From Promethearchaeota archaeon (lineage in GTDB: Archaea; Asgardarchaeota; Lokiarchaeia; Sigyniarchaeales; SOKP01): 64,000 nt of DNA. The notes under the pieces were generated by a model. That model saw nothing but the letters and a program-made list of their open reading frames with translations, searched no databases and was not told the DNA's origin. The position numbers and the translations under genes were made by a program. Positions 10,040 to 19,444 of the stretch are shown one piece after another. The stretch is taken from NCBI GenBank assembly GCA_019058245.1, contig JAHPZJ010000020.1, positions 9,986-73,985 of the forward strand, read 5' to 3'. The stretch's first letter is position 1, and each line of letters begins with the position of its first letter.

Positions 10040-12757
10040 ATGCAAATCTGTTAAATATTCATCTAATTTGATTTTAGATTCCTTATCATCTGGATTATTA
10101 ACCAGCCGTTTTTGATAAAATATTATGTTTGGATATTTCAATTCCATTTTATTAAAAATTTTTATCCATTTATTAAAGTTATCTAAAAGTACCAGAATTT
10201 CGGGATCTTCTTCTAAAGATAAAATTTCTTCTTTTTTTTCTTTTGAAAGGCCTGTTTTATATTTCTTTATACTAATTCCTTGATCTCTTAGCAGTCTATT
10301 ATTAGTTTTTCTAATAAATGCTTCTAAACTATTTCTCCAATTCACATGTTTTTCAATTATTTTATCTAAAATATCTTGAATGATTTTTATCTCTTGTGGA
10401 AAAATTGTCTCTTGTTCCTTAGTAAGGATTTTTTTTATTATCTTAAATTCAGTTTCAAGCTTCTGAATATAATTGTTAACCATCTTTTCAAATTCAAACA
10501 GAACAGTATTATAATCTTTAGCAAAGATCACTTCATCACTAGAAAAAGTCAGAGTTTCTTCATCAAATGAACCTTTTAACCTTTTATTTTTTACCAATTC
10601 ATCAAATATTTCCTTCATAAATTCAATCTCAGCTTGATTTAATTCCTTTCCATAAAACAAATCATGAAAAGAAAAGAGAAGACTATTTTCCAGCATCAAA
10701 TTACGAATTCCACGTTCGGTATAAAAAAGAATTTCTCCATCAATTTCATTAAAAATTCCCTTTAATTTTCCGTCTGCTATTAAGTCTTGAATTAATCCCT
10801 CAACTAAATTTGAAGTGATATCATAGTTTCCTAATGATATATATTCATTAGATTTGGATTTATCAATCAACATATATTTTATATCATTCTTAGCCTCTTC
10901 TATTTTCTGTGGATGAAAAATTAATTGATCCACCTTTTTGAAATAAGAAATACCTAATCCATCAATAAATTTCAGAAAACCTTCTGGTTCCATTCCAGTT
11001 TTTTCAATATAATCATTAATGTTAATTTTATCTTTTAGTTTTATTTCTGCCCCGATTGATTGTAAGTTTTCATCAATTTTAGTTAAAATATGTTTTTTAT
11101 CAATATTTAGTTCCATTGATATTTTGTTAATTTGCTTTATTTTTTTCTCTTCATCAGAAATCGTTGAGAGCTCATTAATTTTATCATTAATATATTTAGA
11201 ATAGTAAAAAATCTCTTTCTTATTATTCCAAATACCACTTCTATAATCGACTAATTGATCAAATACGTCTAAAAGTAAAAGTTCTCCAATATTTAACTTT
11301 TCTGATATTGTGGAAATGTCAAAATAACCAATAATTTTTGAATTTTGGACTTCATTTTTTATTTTTTGAGATCCTAGATTGGTTAACCATTGTGTACCTT
11401 TACGAAAATTTGATAAATATTCTCTTGGTAAATTTTTTATTATTCTTATGAAATCTTCATCATTTAAAATTTGACGATATGACTTTAAATCTACAATACT
11501 TTCCTTAGCTGCTTCTAAATTAATTTGATTTTGAATATTTTTTAATGAAATGATTGTTTCTTGATCTACACATCTTAGGAATACATCCTTCATAGATTTT
11601 GAGATATTTTTAATTATTTTATTAATGGATTCTTGAGGTAGGAAGTTGAATTTGCCTAAATTGATAGAACCATTTAGTTGTAATTCTTCCATAAATTGTG
11701 AATTAAGGTAGCTATATGAATAAAAGAATCCAATATTAGAATAATATCCATTAATGATTTTTAATTGGATTAAAGTTTTTATAAATAATTTTAACTCTGA
11801 ATCATTCTCAATAACTTGAGAAAATGTAGAATATATTTTTTCATCCGATATTTTCTTATCTCGTTCAAAAAAAGTTTTTAATTTGTCTTTTTCTAGTTCA
11901 TATACATAAGTTGCCTTTTCTCTTGTTATTATATAAAAATATACTTTTTTTTCCTTTATAGGAGATTTAGAAATTTTTTTAACATATTCTTTAATACTTA
12001 TCCCTAATTCCTTTGAGATTGATGTAAAATTATGTTTTTTCATCAAAAAGTAGTTATTTAATAACTTTTTTATGTCCTTGGTTTCATGGTTTTCTAAATC
12101 GATATCCTTATATAATGGAAAAAACTTTTTCAACAGTTCAATTAATTTTATATAAATTTTTGATGTTTTTTTGTCTTCAAATGAAGTAATTAAGGATTCG
12201 GAAATGAACCTAAAATTGTATAATTGATCAAATTCTAAATCATTACAAAAATCAAGAAAATTTAACAATGAAAGGATATTTTCATATTTACTTTCTGTTA
12301 GTAGACTTTTTAGAATAATATCTAAATTAGAGTTTACCAGATTTGGATTTTTTTTAAATAACTCCTGTAAAAAGAAATGTACATTATTTCTAGTATCTTC
12401 AGATTTATCTTGAAGAAATTTAATAAATTCATGAAAATAATTATCAAAATATTTTGAATTAGCAAGCATCGCAAATCCAATAACGATGATTGAATTAATT
12501 TTTAACTTTTTCTTTTCTGAATGAAGAAAAACCTCAATTTTTTGTATTAATGATTCAGGAATAATTTCTATTTTATTTTCTGCTAGAATTGACATAATAT
12601 ATGTAATTGGGATTGAATAATTATTATCCTCCAATAAGGTTTCTAACTCATTCATTACTTTTGAGATTTTTTGGACTTTATTTTTGTTTAAATGTTTATT
12701 CAGTTTTTCTACTTTATCAAGGATCAAATTATCCTTAAAATCTTGAAGATTAAACAT
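10031..12757 (-). CDS. Large (908 aa) protein: HEAT/ARM-like N-terminus followed by an array of winged-helix (PCI/UFL1-like) modules
   Basis: The ORF is long and uninterrupted. The N-terminal ~180 aa form a helical repeat. Recurring modules have the form ISxxLxI...L..L...G.I.G..D......F, for example LIQDLIADGKLKGIFNEIDGEILFYT and IFDELVKNKRLKGSFDEETLTFSS. Confidence 0.7.
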   Translation of the reverse strand: MFNLQDFKDNLILDKVEKLNKHLNKNKVQKISKVMNELETLLEDNNYSIPITYIMSILAENKIEIIPESLIQKIEVFLHSEKKKLKINSIIVIGFAMLANSKYFDNYFHEFIKFLQDKSEDTRNNVHFFLQELFKKNPNLVNSNLDIILKSLLTESKYENILSLLNFLDFCNDLEFDQLYNFRFISESLITSFEDKKTSKIYIKLIELLKKFFPLYKDIDLENHETKDIKKLLNNYFLMKKHNFTSISKELGISIKEYVKKISKSPIKEKKVYFYIITREKATYVYELEKDKLKTFFERDKKISDEKIYSTFSQVIENDSELKLFIKTLIQLKIINGYYSNIGFFYSYSYLNSQFMEELQLNGSINLGKFNFLPQESINKIIKNISKSMKDVFLRCVDQETIISLKNIQNQINLEAAKESIVDLKSYRQILNDEDFIRIIKNLPREYLSNFRKGTQWLTNLGSQKIKNEVQNSKIIGYFDISTISEKLNIGELLLLDVFDQLVDYRSGIWNNKKEIFYYSKYINDKINELSTISDEEKKIKQINKISMELNIDKKHILTKIDENLQSIGAEIKLKDKININDYIEKTGMEPEGFLKFIDGLGISYFKKVDQLIFHPQKIEEAKNDIKYMLIDKSKSNEYISLGNYDITSNLVEGLIQDLIADGKLKGIFNEIDGEILFYTERGIRNLMLENSLLFSFHDLFYGKELNQAEIEFMKEIFDELVKNKRLKGSFDEETLTFSSDEVIFAKDYNTVLFEFEKMVNNYIQKLETEFKIIKKILTKEQETIFPQEIKIIQDILDKIIEKHVNWRNSLEAFIRKTNNRLLRDQGISIKKYKTGLSKEKKEEILSLEEDPEILVLLDNFNKWIKIFNKMELKYPNIIFYQKRLVNNPDDKESKIKLDEYLTDLHLN

Positions 12758-12776
12758 CGCTTAAGTAAAAGAGGTT

Positions 12777-13502
12777 TTAATCCAATAAGAATTTTTTGAA
12801 TTCTTTAATTTCTAAAATCTTTTTAATATCTTGAAGCAGTAATGTTGGACCAGAATTTTCTAATCCTTTATTTGTCCCATGACCTGAAAGTAAAGCAATA
12901 CTCTTAATCTGAGCATTCTTAGCGCACTCAATATCAGCTGGGAGATCACCAACATAATATACATTTTTTTTATTTATTGAATAATTATGGTTTTTCTTAA
13001 TTTTGTTTAAAGCTATCATTATAGGATATGGACTAGGTTTTCTAAAAGGTGTATCATCACGCGAAACATAAAGAGAAAAATATTTATTTAAATTTAATTT
13101 CTGACGAAAGAGATCTAATCTTCTCTTACTAGTATTAGATACTATTCCTAAGATAAAATTATTCTTTTTAAGCTTGATTAGCACTTCCTTTAAATTAGGT
13201 TTTAGACTTTCATACTTCTCATATTTGGGATACATACGTCTAAATTTAAAAAAAAACATGTTTCTCCTTAAAATACTTGGAATAATATGTTGAAATACCT
13301 TATTAATTCTATAAAAAGCCACCAATTTATTTTTTGAATCTGATTCTTCAAAAAGCCTTGCCAAATCAATAAGTCTTAAATTTTTTGTATTTTGCCACTT
13401 ATAAAATTTCTTTCTTAAATAATGCAATGCTGTATATTCAAGAGATTTCTGAGTAATAATTACACCATCAAAATCAAAAAGAATTATTGGTGGAAATGTC
13501 AT
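12777..13502 (-). CDS. HAD-superfamily hydrolase (subfamily IA, phosphatase-like)
   Basis: Motif I ILFDFDGVI, motif II VSNTS and motif III/IV YYVGDLPADIECAKNA are present. Confidence 0.8.
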   Translation of the reverse strand: MTFPPIILFDFDGVIITQKSLEYTALHYLRKKFYKWQNTKNLRLIDLARLFEESDSKNKLVAFYRINKVFQHIIPSILRRNMFFFKFRRMYPKYEKYESLKPNLKEVLIKLKKNNFILGIVSNTSKRRLDLFRQKLNLNKYFSLYVSRDDTPFRKPSPYPIMIALNKIKKNHNYSINKKNVYYVGDLPADIECAKNAQIKSIALLSGHGTNKGLENSGPTLLLQDIKKILEIKEFKKFLLD

Positions 13503-13602
13503 AAGTGTGTTAAAAAGTACACTTTTACACTTAAATTTATCTTTATAGAAATACTTCCAAAAGAATAAAAATTAAAAAAAAATAAAAAAATTACTTCATA
13601 TT

Positions 13603-14265
13603 TTAAGAGTCTATTTCGTCTGGCTCTACACTAACATGGGAGAGTAACCAATCAAGTTGTTTTTCCTTTTTATTGATATTAAGCACTGTATTAAGGATCA
13701 TGACTTCATCAGCTTTTCCTGGCATTATTGTAAGGCTCCCAGCGCGTAGCATAAAGAATTCAAATACATCAGGAATCTCTTTTCTGAATCGTAAGCTTTT
13801 TACTGGAAATCTCTCAGCTGAGCTAAAGATCCCAGTTTTATGGAAAATCTCATTCATTTCGATTTTATAATATTCAAATCTAGTACTAATTACTACAATT
13901 CCTAATATTAAAAACAAGATTAGTGTCATAACCATATAAAATTCCCATGGTAAAGCTAAATCAATACTTATTCCTGTAAGATCTACAGTGTAATTTGGTA
14001 GAACCAAGAAAACAAGAAGCAGAATGACAATAACAATAGCTAATATTAGTACAAAGAATTTAGTAGAGGAGAAATCAAAAGCAGTAACAAATATATTCAC
14101 AAAGAAAACTATGAACCAGATATACCCCAGTACATTACTAGGGTCAATAAATGCTTGGATCAGCCATAAAACGAAACTTGTTATCAGTAAAGGCCAAAAG
14201 AAAATTATTTTAGGATAACTTCTTATGAATATCTCATTTGGATAGTTAGGTTTTTTTTCAGACAT
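13603..14265 (-). CDS. Integral membrane protein, possible membrane-flanked PH-like (bPH) domain
   Basis: Four hydrophobic helices are followed by a ~80-aa soluble C-terminal domain. There are no catalytic motifs. Confidence 0.55.
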   Translation of the reverse strand: MSEKKPNYPNEIFIRSYPKIIFFWPLLITSFVLWLIQAFIDPSNVLGYIWFIVFFVNIFVTAFDFSSTKFFVLILAIVIVILLLVFLVLPNYTVDLTGISIDLALPWEFYMVMTLILFLILGIVVISTRFEYYKIEMNEIFHKTGIFSSAERFPVKSLRFRKEIPDVFEFFMLRAGSLTIMPGKADEVMILNTVLNINKKEKQLDWLLSHVSVEPDEIDS

Positions 14266-14706
14266 AAGTTTTCACATTTATAGAATTTTTATTTAAATAG
14301 GATTATAAAAATAATAGATAGATGTGTTATTTAAATATTAGTGTCTTATCGATTACCTTAAAAATTAAATGTTATGGTTATATCTTTATGTGATTTAAAG
14401 TTTTTTTTAGAAGAAAAAACTATTTAATAAATAAATTTTATATATCCACCTTTTTTTAAAATTTTTAAGAATATTCTTAATTTTATAGTTAGTTCGTATT
14501 AATATATCTAAAGCGATTCATTTGAAAAAAGTAAAAGGAGCGATATTAATAACGGTTATAAAAGGAATTGGGACCGAATTTATTGAATTATGTCTTGATA
14601 AAAAAGTAGATTGTGTATATCTAGATAGATTATGGAAAGGAGAAGGTTGGACTAAAGTGAGATATTCATGGGCTTCATGAATTATATTAATGTTAGCGAA
14701 TGGAAT

Positions 14707-15456
14707 TTAGTAAAATGAACTCATGGATTTTATCATTCTATAAGACAAAGCTACTTGTTGATTACCTTTATCACTGATCCCCATATGACCAGGAAGTAAA
14801 TACTTTACATCTAAATCATTTACTTTTTCAATTGAATTAATTAATGTACTTAAAGATCCACCAGGAAAATCATATCTTCCAAAATTTCCACCAGTGAATA
14901 CAAGATCTCCTGGAATTAAAATCTTCTTATTTGAGTCATAATAACAAATTGACCCCAATGAATGACCTGGTGTATAAAGGATTTGAAATGTGAATTCAGA
15001 TGTAATTTCAATTTCTTTTGAATTATTAAGATCATTTACATTCAAAGGGAAAATTTCAATTCCAAATAAATCAAGATTTATACCCAAGATATCTGGACAG
15101 ATTTGAGACTTATTACCTGCTTTTAGTATTTTAGCTGTTTCTCCGTAAGCATAAATTTCAGGAGGCTTATTTTTTAATGCTTTTAATAATGGATATAAAC
15201 CTAAAACATGATCTATATGTTCGTGAGTTAAAAACACTTTCGTAATATTCTGATAATCAAGGTTAAATTTTTCCATACCTTTAAATAAACCATTAATGGA
15301 AAGACCATTGCCTGTGTCGAATAACGCAAGTTTATGATTAATGGAATCTTTAATAATATATTGGTTGCAATCTAACATTTGATTTTCAGCAAAATAATAA
15401 AGGTTTTTAATCACTTCTTTACACTTCTTTTCAGATTCTCTACTAGAAAAAAACAT
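14707..15456 (-). CDS. MBL-fold metallo-hydrolase
   Basis: The HxHxDH motif reads THEHIDHVLG. Downstream TPGHSLGS and LPGH metal ligands are present. Confidence 0.85.
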   Translation of the reverse strand: MFFSSRESEKKCKEVIKNLYYFAENQMLDCNQYIIKDSINHKLALFDTGNGLSINGLFKGMEKFNLDYQNITKVFLTHEHIDHVLGLYPLLKALKNKPPEIYAYGETAKILKAGNKSQICPDILGINLDLFGIEIFPLNVNDLNNSKEIEITSEFTFQILYTPGHSLGSICYYDSNKKILIPGDLVFTGGNFGRYDFPGGSLSTLINSIEKVNDLDVKYLLPGHMGISDKGNQQVALSYRMIKSMSSFY

Positions 15457-15565
15457 AATGGATATTTAGGTTAAAATTTTAAAAAGATAAAATAAGCTTA
15501 ATTTTAATGTTTTTCTTTTCTATACTATAAAATTATTAAAAAAATTAAAAATAAATTATAATATT

Positions 15566-15946
15566 ATGAAAAATCAACCCAATATTGAAGGATTAAAATC
15601 GAAAATAAAATTTGGAATAAAATTTTGGCTAGAATTTGAAGGTAAGAGTATATTGGGTTCAGGTTGGGCAGAGTTACTAAAGAATATTGAAAAGAATGAA
15701 GAAGGTTCATTAACTCAGGCAGCAAAGGAGTGTAGTTATTCCTATAAATATGCATGGAATATTTTAAAGAGAATTGAGAGAAGAACTGGTAATCCAATAG
15801 TAATAACTGGTAAAGGAGGTAGTGGGGGAGGTGGCTGGGTAAAATTAAATGAATGGGGGAAGTTTCTATTAAATGTCTATCAACAATATCTAGAAGAAAT
15901 CAAAAAAATTGAAAAATCACTTTCAGAAAAGATGATAAACATCTAA
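15566..15946 (+). CDS. ModE N-terminal-like winged-helix DNA-binding protein
   Basis: The sequence GSLTQAAKECSYSYKYAWNILKRIERRTGNPIVITGKGGSGGGG matches the HTH plus glycine-loop pattern of the ModE/LysR-like HTH_1 domain. Confidence 0.6.
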   Translation: MKNQPNIEGLKSKIKFGIKFWLEFEGKSILGSGWAELLKNIEKNEEGSLTQAAKECSYSYKYAWNILKRIERRTGNPIVITGKGGSGGGGWVKLNEWGKFLLNVYQQYLEEIKKIEKSLSEKMINI

Positions 15947-16037
15947 TAAATACATTTTAATTTCAATACTGATTATTTTCAGTAAGGAAATTAGAAAGTA
16001 TGTCTATTTAAAATGCTTTAGAGGAAAGATTCAAAAT

Positions 16038-16463
16038 ATGGAAGACCGCTTAAAAGAGTTTAGTGAAATAAAAGTATCAAGTATTATGATAAATGATCCA
16101 CTTTTTACATATCCAAACGAAAAAATCAGTGCTACTGAGCTTCTTATGATAAGGAAAAATATTAGTGGCCTTCCTGTGGTTAAAGATCGGAATAATAAGC
16201 AATTAATTGGAATCATCACTCAAAGAGATATACGATTAGCTAGATTTGCGATGAGTCTTGATTCTCCCAATACATTAGTTAAGGATTTAATGACTTTGGA
16301 TCCATTTGTTGTTAGAAAAAATGATACTCTAATGTATATAATAGAGATGATGTTTGGGAAAAAAATACAAAGATTACCTGTTGTAAATGAAAATAATGAA
16401 TTAATTGGTTTGGTTATGCAAAATGAGATAATGCAAAAACTTCTTGAATATATGAAAAAATAA
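16038..16463 (+). CDS. CBS-pair domain protein
   Basis: Two CBS repeats are present (ISGLPVVKDRNNKQLIGIITQRDI and IQRLPVVNENNELIGLVMQNEI). Confidence 0.85.
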   Translation: MEDRLKEFSEIKVSSIMINDPLFTYPNEKISATELLMIRKNISGLPVVKDRNNKQLIGIITQRDIRLARFAMSLDSPNTLVKDLMTLDPFVVRKNDTLMYIIEMMFGKKIQRLPVVNENNELIGLVMQNEIMQKLLEYMKK

Positions 16464-16565
16464 GTGAAAATTTTAAATGAATTAAGTTTACTAAGAAAAT
16501 ATAAAAAATATAAATTTTGGATTATTAATAAGATAAATATTACAAATCTAAATTATTGAAAAAAA

Positions 16566-18089
16566 ATGGCACTACCCCTACCTGGAACCCCAATTATCAT
16601 TGATATTGGCTCAGCATATGTAAAAATTGGATTTTCTGGAGAACCAAGTCCTAGATATGTTTTTCCTTGCATCACTGGGACAGAAAAATATAAATCTATA
16701 ATGGTTGATGTGAGTGCTCGAAGCATCTACGTAGGTAATGACGTATCTCGAATGCGTGGTGTACTTAAAATAAACCATCCATTAAGTCGTGGTGAAATTA
16801 TGGACTGGGATAGTTATTATGAGATCTTAAATTATATTTTCTATTCATTGCTTAGAATTGATAACCTTTCCCAGTATCCTGTATTCTATTGTGAACCTCC
16901 TTTTATGCTTAAAGATACTAAAGAGTATATAGGGCGTGTATTTTTTGAAACTCATCGAGTTGGGAGTTTGGTGATGATGTCAACACCATTACTTTCTTTA
17001 TTTAGCGTTGGATTGACGACAGGATTAGTTATTGAAAGTGGAGAAGGAATGACTTGGATAGTCCCAATAATTAATGGGCAAATTGTTCAGCATGCGGTTC
17101 AGAAAATTCCAATTGCAGGAATTGATGTGAATCAAAACTTGAAAGGTCTCTTAATGAGAGAAGGAGTAAGTATTTCTTCTAGTGCTGCAGATGAAATAAT
17201 CCAAGAGATAAAAGAAAAAAACTGTTATTTTGCCTTGGATCCAAATATACCTCCCAAAGCGGGAGAAATGTTTAGTGTTCCTATGCCTGACGGAACAAAA
17301 ATAAATGTTCCTACTTATATTCTTTATCAAGCTCCAGAAGTTTTATTTAATCCAGGTATGTTAGGTTCTGGAAATATAATGAATATCCCTCAAGCTGTTA
17401 TAGCGAGTTTGCGTGTAATTGATAATAATTATTGGCATGAATTGCTTTCACATATAGTTTTTGCCGGAGGAAATCTATCTTACAGTGGTTTTCAAGAACG
17501 GTTCGAGTCTGAATTAGATCCTCTCTTACCTCAATTAGGTCCAATTCCTAAACCAGTAGCCCCGCTCTCTGCAGTTAAGAGTGAACTAATTAAACTTCAA
17601 AGTGTTGAAATCTCTAAAAAGAATGAAGACACATGTCCAAAATGTGGTGCATTTATTAATCTTGATGATGGGAAAAAAGTATGTCCCTCCTGTGGTGAAT
17701 TATTAATTTTACCAGAAATAAAAATAGGAACATTAAATACAAATGGACAAAAAAAAGTAGAAGAAGGTAAATGTCCATATTGCAAAAAAGAACTTCCTGA
17801 TATGGATTCGCTTTTTTGTCCATATTGTGGAAAACCAATTGAATCTCTAAAACAAACGATATTACCAGAAAAAGAAATAGAGAAAACAGCAGCACAAGAA
17901 TTTTCAGAATTTATGGAATCTGCTAATAAAGTACTAAAATTTTTTGTTCCTGACAATCTTCAGTATGCTGCTTTTAATGGTGCAGCAATACTAGGAAGTT
18001 TACCTTCATTCCAGCAACTTTTTATAACACATGACCAGTTTATAACGAATCCTAATCTTTTATATCGAGATATAAGTGAAATCCTTTAG
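16566..18089 (+). CDS. Actin-family protein (actin/Arp-like) with a ~130-aa insertion containing two CxxC...CxxC zinc ribbons
   Basis: It aligns by eye with eukaryotic actin over the whole fold: IIIDIGSAYVKIGFSGEPSPRYVFPCITG, YVGNDV..RG, TTGLVIESGEGMTWIVPIINGQ, IKEKNCYFALDP, FAGGNLSYSGFQERF and AAFNGAAILGSLPSFQQLFITHDQF. The insertion reads CPKCGAFINLDDGKKVCPSCG ... CPYCKKELPDMDSLFCPYCG. Confidence 0.85.
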   Translation: MALPLPGTPIIIDIGSAYVKIGFSGEPSPRYVFPCITGTEKYKSIMVDVSARSIYVGNDVSRMRGVLKINHPLSRGEIMDWDSYYEILNYIFYSLLRIDNLSQYPVFYCEPPFMLKDTKEYIGRVFFETHRVGSLVMMSTPLLSLFSVGLTTGLVIESGEGMTWIVPIINGQIVQHAVQKIPIAGIDVNQNLKGLLMREGVSISSSAADEIIQEIKEKNCYFALDPNIPPKAGEMFSVPMPDGTKINVPTYILYQAPEVLFNPGMLGSGNIMNIPQAVIASLRVIDNNYWHELLSHIVFAGGNLSYSGFQERFESELDPLLPQLGPIPKPVAPLSAVKSELIKLQSVEISKKNEDTCPKCGAFINLDDGKKVCPSCGELLILPEIKIGTLNTNGQKKVEEGKCPYCKKELPDMDSLFCPYCGKPIESLKQTILPEKEIEKTAAQEFSEFMESANKVLKFFVPDNLQYAAFNGAAILGSLPSFQQLFITHDQFITNPNLLYRDISEIL

Positions 18090-18246
18090 TTAAACAACAA
18101 AAAACTCTTAGTCTTTAAATAATTTCAAGACTAAATTATAAAAAATTGAAAATATACTTTATTTAGATTGAACATATAGTTAATTTTTAATTTCAAGATA
18201 GATTTAAACAATTAAAATTTAACATTTCAGATTTAGGTATCATTAA

Positions 18247-19344
18247 ATGAAGTATAAATATCGGAATATAATTACCGTATTTTTTTTATTATTAATAACT
18301 TTGAATTTAGTTCCGAGTGTACTAGGAAAGACACGTGGATCTTATTTAGTTAGTTTTATTAAAAATAATGAAATTGAAGGTATTGGCTTTACTAACGCAA
18401 ATGATGGTAATGCTTTGATTTCTTATGAAGCAACAGCACATGCGTTAGAGATATTAGATGATTATGGAACTAATCCCCATAAAATTGACACTCTCCAAGA
18501 TAATCTTGAAGATAAAATAAGAGATATGTTTAGTATAAATCAAGTTAATTTATTTGATTTATATTGTTTAATGAAATCATTAGATATCTTAGAACATGAA
18601 ATTGATTTTAATTTAAGAAGTGAGATTTATAAGTATTTAAATGAAACTGAACAAATTGAGGGTGGATTTTCTTTCTCAAACAGCTCTAGCATAGCAAGTT
18701 TAACTTCTACATATTATGTTATTCAACTATATTCATTAATCAATGAACCTATTGATAATCTTACAGTTCATAAAAATTGGATTCTATCTTGTTATAATAC
18801 AGATGGAGGATATGGAGGAAATCAAAGCCTATCTTCTAATTTGCTCAATACTTATTTTGTAGTTTCACTATTAGATGAATTTTGGAACATTACTAATCTA
18901 GTTGACATCAACCAAACAATATCCTATATAAAATCGTTTTATGTTAATAATTCAGCAGATATTGATAATTACGGAGGATATTTACCAGATGATTCAACAC
19001 AATATGCGATGTTAAGTAGTTCGTATTTTTGTGTGAAATCACTGTCTTTAATAGATCCTGGCGAAATAAATAAGGATTCAACAATTTCATGGTTATTAAC
19101 ACTTCAAAATTTTGAAGACGGGGGATTTTCAGATAATACTGAAGGTGATAATCAAAAGAAATCATCAGTAATAGCTTCATATTTTGCTTTTAAAATCCTA
19201 AAAATACTGAATCCTTCCCTCTCTAGTTTAAGTAATGATATATGGATGGTGGAGTTTAATTATTGGATTTTAGTTATAATTCTCATATGTATAGTAGTTG
19301 TTATTGGTATAATAGTATTCATCTGGCGAAAAAAAAGATTATAA
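18247..19344 (+). CDS. Prenyltransferase / squalene-oxidase (alpha-alpha toroid) repeat protein with signal peptide and C-terminal membrane anchor
   Basis: The N-terminus is hydrophobic (ITVFFLLLITLNLVPSVLG). Four repeats are present: EGGFSFSNSS, DGGYGGNQS, YGGYLPDDS and DGGFSDNTEG. The C-terminal TM ends WILVIILICIVVVIGIIVFIWRKKRL. Confidence 0.7.
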   Translation: MKYKYRNIITVFFLLLITLNLVPSVLGKTRGSYLVSFIKNNEIEGIGFTNANDGNALISYEATAHALEILDDYGTNPHKIDTLQDNLEDKIRDMFSINQVNLFDLYCLMKSLDILEHEIDFNLRSEIYKYLNETEQIEGGFSFSNSSSIASLTSTYYVIQLYSLINEPIDNLTVHKNWILSCYNTDGGYGGNQSLSSNLLNTYFVVSLLDEFWNITNLVDINQTISYIKSFYVNNSADIDNYGGYLPDDSTQYAMLSSSYFCVKSLSLIDPGEINKDSTISWLLTLQNFEDGGFSDNTEGDNQKKSSVIASYFAFKILKILNPSLSSLSNDIWMVEFNYWILVIILICIVVVIGIIVFIWRKKRL

Positions 19345-19444
19345 AGCTATTCTATTCTTAATTATTATTATATTGATTTAAGTATTTGATATCAATAATA
19401 TATCTAATTTCTATATTATTATCAAATAAATCATAAAGATAATT

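Noticed and set aside
17597-17956. 119-aa and 79-aa ORFs on the minus strand
   Set aside because: They are antisense to the zinc-ribbon insertion of the actin-family gene. They have no motifs.
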